NCBI GenBank assembly: GCA_032718475.1 | Contig: JAUCBJ010001007.1 | Coordinates: forward strand, 7,674-71,673 | DNA length: 64,000 nt | Direction of reading: 5' to 3' | DNA from: Nemertoderma westbladi | Lineage: Eukaryota; Animalia; Xenacoelomorpha | Part shown: piece by piece, positions 59,219 through 64,000 of the stretch | How the letters are laid out: every line of letters begins with the position of its first letter | Numbering within the stretch: position 1 is the first letter of the stretch | Notes under the pieces: generated by a model | Databases searched by the model: none | Seen by the model: only the letters and a program-made list of their open reading frames with translations | Told to the model about the DNA's origin: nothing | Position numbers and translations under genes: made by a program

Positions 59219-60904
59219 ATGTATATATTTAATGTATTATTAGTAGAAATATTTTGTCTAACTAACTCATTGGCAACTTCCAAGATAAATAATAATGGTA
59301 CCGGTAACTTGAACCCTTTGTCTGATTTATTGGATAATCTCACCAACCCGGCTAACTATGACAAACGTTTTCGTCCATATTTAAACAAAAAAGAACCTCT
59401 GAAGATTTCAGTTACCTTAAGTATTGATTCTGTGGGACCTATCAGTGAGACGGATATGAAGTTCAGAATAGACTTCTCTTTACGACAGTACTGGACTGAC
59501 CCGCGCCTTGAATTCGATCAAAATATAACTAAGGGAGAAGACTTGACACTAGCTGCATTATTTCTTAAAGATCTGTGGCAATCAGACATATATTTTCCAG
59601 AATCGTTGTCATCTAACAAGCATGTTGTCATGACGCAGAATGAGTTGGTACGTATTTCCCCAAACGGAAAAGTTCTCACCAGCACAAGAGTTACGGTTAT
59701 AGCCAAATGTGCCATGTCCTTATCATATTTTCCTATGGATAGACAGAATTGCACTTTAACACTGGAAAGCTTTGGATACACTACGAAAGATCTTCTCTTG
59801 ATGTGGAAAGTTTTGAACAATTTTGGAATCGCGGTTGTACCAGTTCCAAATCTCAAACTCTCTCAATTTTCCTTGATGGGCTTCAATTTCACCACAAAAC
59901 CATTGACAGTGGAATATTCAACTGGAATTTACTCTAGAATTGAAGTTGTGTTTGTATTTCAAAGAGAAATCACCTATTATATAATTCGCATATATATACC
60001 TGCGGGCCTCATTGTCGCACTTTCCTGGGCGTCATTTTGGGTTAATGCATTCTCAGTCTCAACACGCGCAGCAATTTCAGTGACCACTGTTCTTTCACTA
60101 ATAACTCTGGTTGGATCAACATCTAGCTCAATACCCACAGTAAGTGAAATTAAAGCCATTGATGTTTATATTGCCGCGTGCTTTGTGTACGTTTTCGGTG
60201 GACTATTGATATTCAGCGTTGTCCATTATTTCTCGGATAAATCTAAAAAACAGCTGGTTTCAAAGACAAGTCTGGAGAAGGAACCACAGCCGGCAGAAAC
60301 CATGATGACTGCAAATTTTGATAAAAGGTATGAAACAAACATAACTGGGTCACTGGGTTCTAATCACGTAGATCACATGGTCCGATGGCGTGGTAGTCCA
60401 GATGAAGATATAAAGAGTGTTTGCACTAAAACAATTTTAGTAAAAGAGCAACAGCAATCTGGCGATCAAGACTACAGCGAAACATGCAGCAGTCAAAGTT
60501 TGCACGATGTGAGCAGTAGAACATCAACAGCCATGTCACCAGTTGGCCACTCGAGTGCACAAAGTAGTACAAAATCCGCAGACAATATAATCATGGAATA
60601 TTTCAGAAAAGTTGTATTTAATGCAAGGAATATTTTAAAAAGTGTTACAGTAACAAGAAAGCAACTACAATCCAATGAAGCAGAATATTTGGGAAATGTT
60701 GGTGTCGAAAAGCGTGGACAAATTAAGAAGAAATTAAAACCCAAATTTTTTCAAAAGATCGATTACTGCAGCCGAAGAATATTTCCTCTGTCCTTTTTTG
60801 TTTTTAACATCATATATTTTGTGGTATATTGCCAACTGGCTAGTCTCGCAACGTTCGACTATACGCATTCTTACCCCATGGAAATATCGGGTGATAATTT
60901 ATAA
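59219..60904 (+). CDS. Cys-loop ligand-gated ion channel subunit, single coding exon, copy 3 (recent paralog of copy 2)
   Basis: Cys-loop CAMSLSYFPMDRQNC, ESFGYT, four TM helices; flanks ~58679-59188 and 60905-61066 match those of copy 2. An in-frame upstream ATG lies at 59189. Confidence 0.93.
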   Translation: MYIFNVLLVEIFCLTNSLATSKINNNGTGNLNPLSDLLDNLTNPANYDKRFRPYLNKKEPLKISVTLSIDSVGPISETDMKFRIDFSLRQYWTDPRLEFDQNITKGEDLTLAALFLKDLWQSDIYFPESLSSNKHVVMTQNELVRISPNGKVLTSTRVTVIAKCAMSLSYFPMDRQNCTLTLESFGYTTKDLLLMWKVLNNFGIAVVPVPNLKLSQFSLMGFNFTTKPLTVEYSTGIYSRIEVVFVFQREITYYIIRIYIPAGLIVALSWASFWVNAFSVSTRAAISVTTVLSLITLVGSTSSSIPTVSEIKAIDVYIAACFVYVFGGLLIFSVVHYFSDKSKKQLVSKTSLEKEPQPAETMMTANFDKRYETNITGSLGSNHVDHMVRWRGSPDEDIKSVCTKTILVKEQQQSGDQDYSETCSSQSLHDVSSRTSTAMSPVGHSSAQSSTKSADNIIMEYFRKVVFNARNILKSVTVTRKQLQSNEAEYLGNVGVEKRGQIKKKLKPKFFQKIDYCSRRIFPLSFFVFNIIYFVVYCQLASLATFDYTHSYPMEISGDNL

Positions 60905-61715
60905 GTTCTATTTTTTTGAGATTAATTGACTATTCTAGTCATATTCTTATAATTATTTTAGATAGTAATATTTTAATAAACTAAATTCATTGCATATCGT
61001 AACACATTCATATGATCGAAATAATCAATTTAATTAATTTGTTTCAACAAGTGTTGGTGGCGGTTCAGATTTACCAGTAAACCAACATCTTCCATAATTA
61101 ATTAATAAAACACAATAAACATTTTTTTCAAGGCGGACCACCCCCCCCCCCCCACCCCCACCCCTATTTTTTCAATTTTCAATCAAGTGTTACATAATTT
61201 GTTTTGACGATAGTTAGACAAGCAGGAGTTAGACAAGTTGACAGAGCCGGATTTTTAATAATTACTAAAACTACATGTAGATACAACAAGTCGTTAATAA
61301 TTGTATCTTTGGCAATATTTAGACACCTCCGTCGGCTTTATTTTAGTCATTAGAGTGTAATCTAGATATCATAATAACCGCATTCATCTGCAGATTCAGA
61401 ATCTGAAAACCAATTTAAATTTCACAAAAAATTGCACGTACTGTGCCTGGTCTGCAGCCTGAAACCCTGCAGGTGGGTCTAGTTAGGTCTGTAAGACCTA
61501 TATATATATATATACCTATATATATACCTGTAGGCTGCAAGATTCCTTACTTAACCTACTGTAGTACTGCAGTGAGGCGTTTCTCCAGTTCCTTCCACTT
61601 AAATGTTAAAAAGATGGATCTAAATATATCGTTTAAACACGTTCGCCCATTCCCATTTTTAATACAGACATTGAAACGTTTTAATAGCCTAGTAACCGAT
61701 CTTCTAAGATCTTCT

Positions 61716-61797
61716 AAAATTTGGCTGTTCTGGGGCTTGAACACCCGACCATCTTCTAAGATGGTCGGGTGTTCAAGCCCCAGAACAGCCAAATTTT
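61716..61797. repeat. Perfect palindrome, 40-bp arms, 2-nt loop
   Basis: AAAATTTGGCTGTTCTGGGGCTTGAACACCCGACCATCTT-CT-exact reverse complement. Confidence 0.95.
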
Positions 61798-62134
61798 TGC
61801 TAGCTTCCACAATTTTGGGAACCTGTCATGAGTTGGGGAGTAAAGAATAAGGTTAGATAACCAGAGTACTTAACCTTGGGAGTAATGTGGTGCCCTCCCT
61901 GCGTTACAGATAATAGCCAAGATAATGGAGCTTTTGGGTTCTTGCCTCAGGTGTTTCTTCTTACACGTTCAATGATAACTTTACTTTACTTTTATAAAGT
62001 TCTTAGCCAACACTACATTATCTAGACCATACTTTGATATAGAGGGGTTATGTGTTGGTCACATGACTCTGGGTGAAAGTGCCTTGTAATGAAGGCATAT
62101 TTTTGAAAAGGGTGAGGGTATAAGGACCCTACAA

Positions 62135-62300
62135 TATACAGAGAATATCACCTGTTCTAGGAGTGCCCTCCTAGAACAAGAGTCAAGAGGAACCTAGAGG
62201 AGGAACCTCGGCCTTCGGCCTCGGTAGTTATACAAAGTTTATTTGCTGAAGGTTGATATATCGTATATCACTCCTAGGACAGGTGATATTCTGTTTATCA
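62135..62300. mobile_element. Small MITE-like inverted-repeat element
   Basis: AGAATATCACCTGTTCTAGGAGTG ... CACTCCTAGGACAGGTGATATTCT, with an internal CTCGGCCTTCGGCCTCGG hairpin. Confidence 0.6.
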
Positions 62301-62569
62301 CATGTGTTCGAACTTAATGAACACGAAGAGAGCCATCCTGCAAAATAAGGTAAAGCAAACCCCACTCCACAATTTAGTATTTTCCTCTCGAATTTTTTTA
62401 TTATAGCTAGTACTTGTTGCTTTTTGTATAGAAATCGTTCTAGAATATGTTAGCTACTTATTTTGAAAAAATGAACCCTCAGTTACAAATATTTTTTATT
62501 CCAGAACATATTTTGGAAAAATATCTTGATTATATTTTAAACACGTGGGATTAATTATACACCACCTAA

Positions 62570-63369
62570 AGCCGCGTTCACACTAACAAGTCAAAGTCAA
62601 AAGAAAATAAATGTAGCTATAGCAATAATAAATAATTACTTAATTAATATTAACGTTGCTTTTAAATCATTACAATCAGAGATTAAAAATAATACAATTA
62701 AAATGTAATTAGTAGTTACCCAAATCAGCGCCACGCAAACCCGCGCCGTTGCCAAATCCCAAGCCCCGCCACGGACGCCGACCTCACGGAGGCAGAAGGA
62801 GCTAGACCGGAGGAGCGCGAACTGCAGCCGCCGGCGAACACCCCCCAGCACGCACGCGAGGCCCCTCTCACGCATACCATCCCGCGGAGCCACAAGTGAC
62901 TCCGCTAGAGGGGGAATTAGTATTTCAGCCTCGGTGCACAAGACACCATCGGTGGTGCCAACCAGGAGGTTGAAGGCCATCCTCCGGTTGTTGCAGACGG
63001 TCTGGTAGTGTCGCTTGTTCAGCCGACACCTCTCCTCCAGGAGAGACGCAGTTGAACGGTTGGTCTGGACATACGAGGTGGCGTCAGCGTTGATTAACGC
63101 AATGTCGAACGATTGATTTGCCGTTGATTGGCCCAGACCCCCCGAGCAAACAGGTCTGCCCGTACACTCCCCACCTCACGGCCCTCCCGATCCAAATACC
63201 CCCTGGAAAGTGTCACTTCCCGCTCAACGCTGGAAGGACCAACCACAGAGGCTAAATAATAAATAATAATACATTATATAATATAATACATAAGCAGATA
63301 AGTGCATTCTATAAAAAAAGTATATTGTGTTTTACATTTTGTCTTTGACTCGGTTGTATGAACGTGGCC
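62570..63369. mobile_element. PIF/Harbinger-type MITE interrupted by a CRE fragment
   Basis: TAA|AGCCGCGTTCACAC..AGTCAAAG ... CTTTGACT..GTATGAACGTGGCC|TAA. Confidence 0.65.
62640..63255 (-). pseudogene. CRE-clade 3' fragment, close relative of 45851-48361
   Basis: GREVGSVRADL, FDIALINADA, LVGTTDGV..GMRERGLACVLGGVRRRLQFALLRS, nearly identical to the 47323-48207 protein. Confidence 0.85.
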
Positions 63370-64000
63370 TAAGAATGTTTGGAATTGCTTCTTTTTTTTT
63401 TATTTAAGAACAAGTTCGCTACCGGTATTATATAAAAAAATATTCTATAAAATTGTTCCAGAACTTTTTTTATATTTAATAACGAACATTGTGTAGGGCC
63501 TACACAAAATATTAAAAATAGCAAATCTAGCTAAATATATCATTTTTGTAATTAAAAAAACGCAATTAATTAGTAATACAATTTTCAAAAAAATTTTGAA
63601 TATAGCTAACTGTATATCACACGGTGTGATATACACCCGACCACTGACTCGGTGAGCCAGAATTTTTATTTTTGCTTACAATCTTTAGCTACAAGCGTTT
63701 AAAAAAAGTGTTTCCAGCAATATTTCACCAGTTACACCGCAGTTATTCTTCTACCTTATAACTGTTTGTTGGTACCAATGGAAAGCTGGTCATGCAAGGA
63801 TTACAAATATGTAACACAATTTGAATTTCGTTGAAAAATAGCTGAGATATGAGCGTTCAAATGTTGCATGGTTTTGCACCGGCGCGAGGTTATTTTATTC
63901 TATTTAATAAATAAACCATATTCTGGAACACTTTTTAAATGTATGATGTATGAATAGCTACGTAATAGTAAGATTAAAGATGTAATGCATTGTTGCCCAG

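Overview
Repeat-rich animal (probably invertebrate) genomic DNA; the species cannot be identified from this window. Host genes: three co-oriented Cys-loop ligand-gated ion channel genes of the GABA-A/GlyR/GluCl-like group, each with an intronless coding region (6.5-8.1, 43.7-45.4, 59.2-60.9 kb). They have a non-canonical M1-M2 selectivity motif (S-T-R instead of P-A-R). The dominant feature is an 18.56-kb Bel/Pao LTR retrotransposon, element A (23576-42135, ~1.17-kb LTRs, GGAGT target-site duplication). After gag and pol it carries a ~1,417-codon third ORF with a DEDDy-type (RNase D/WRN/EXD-like) 3'-5' exonuclease domain and three CCHC-type zinc knuckles. It also lacks a tRNA primer-binding site and has three consecutive perfect hairpins there instead. 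A second, highly diverged and internally deleted Bel/Pao element B on the minus strand (16860 to ~23290) carries a homologous exonuclease + zinc-knuckle module in the same position, so this looks like a lineage trait. The rest comprises a related solo LTR, relics of CRE, L2/CR1-like, Penelope, hAT, piggyBac-like, Harbinger and Kolobok-like elements, two 30-bp satellites, a conserved-core/variable-spacer repeat array and a perfect 40-bp-arm palindrome. All comparisons were made by eye; no database searches were run.
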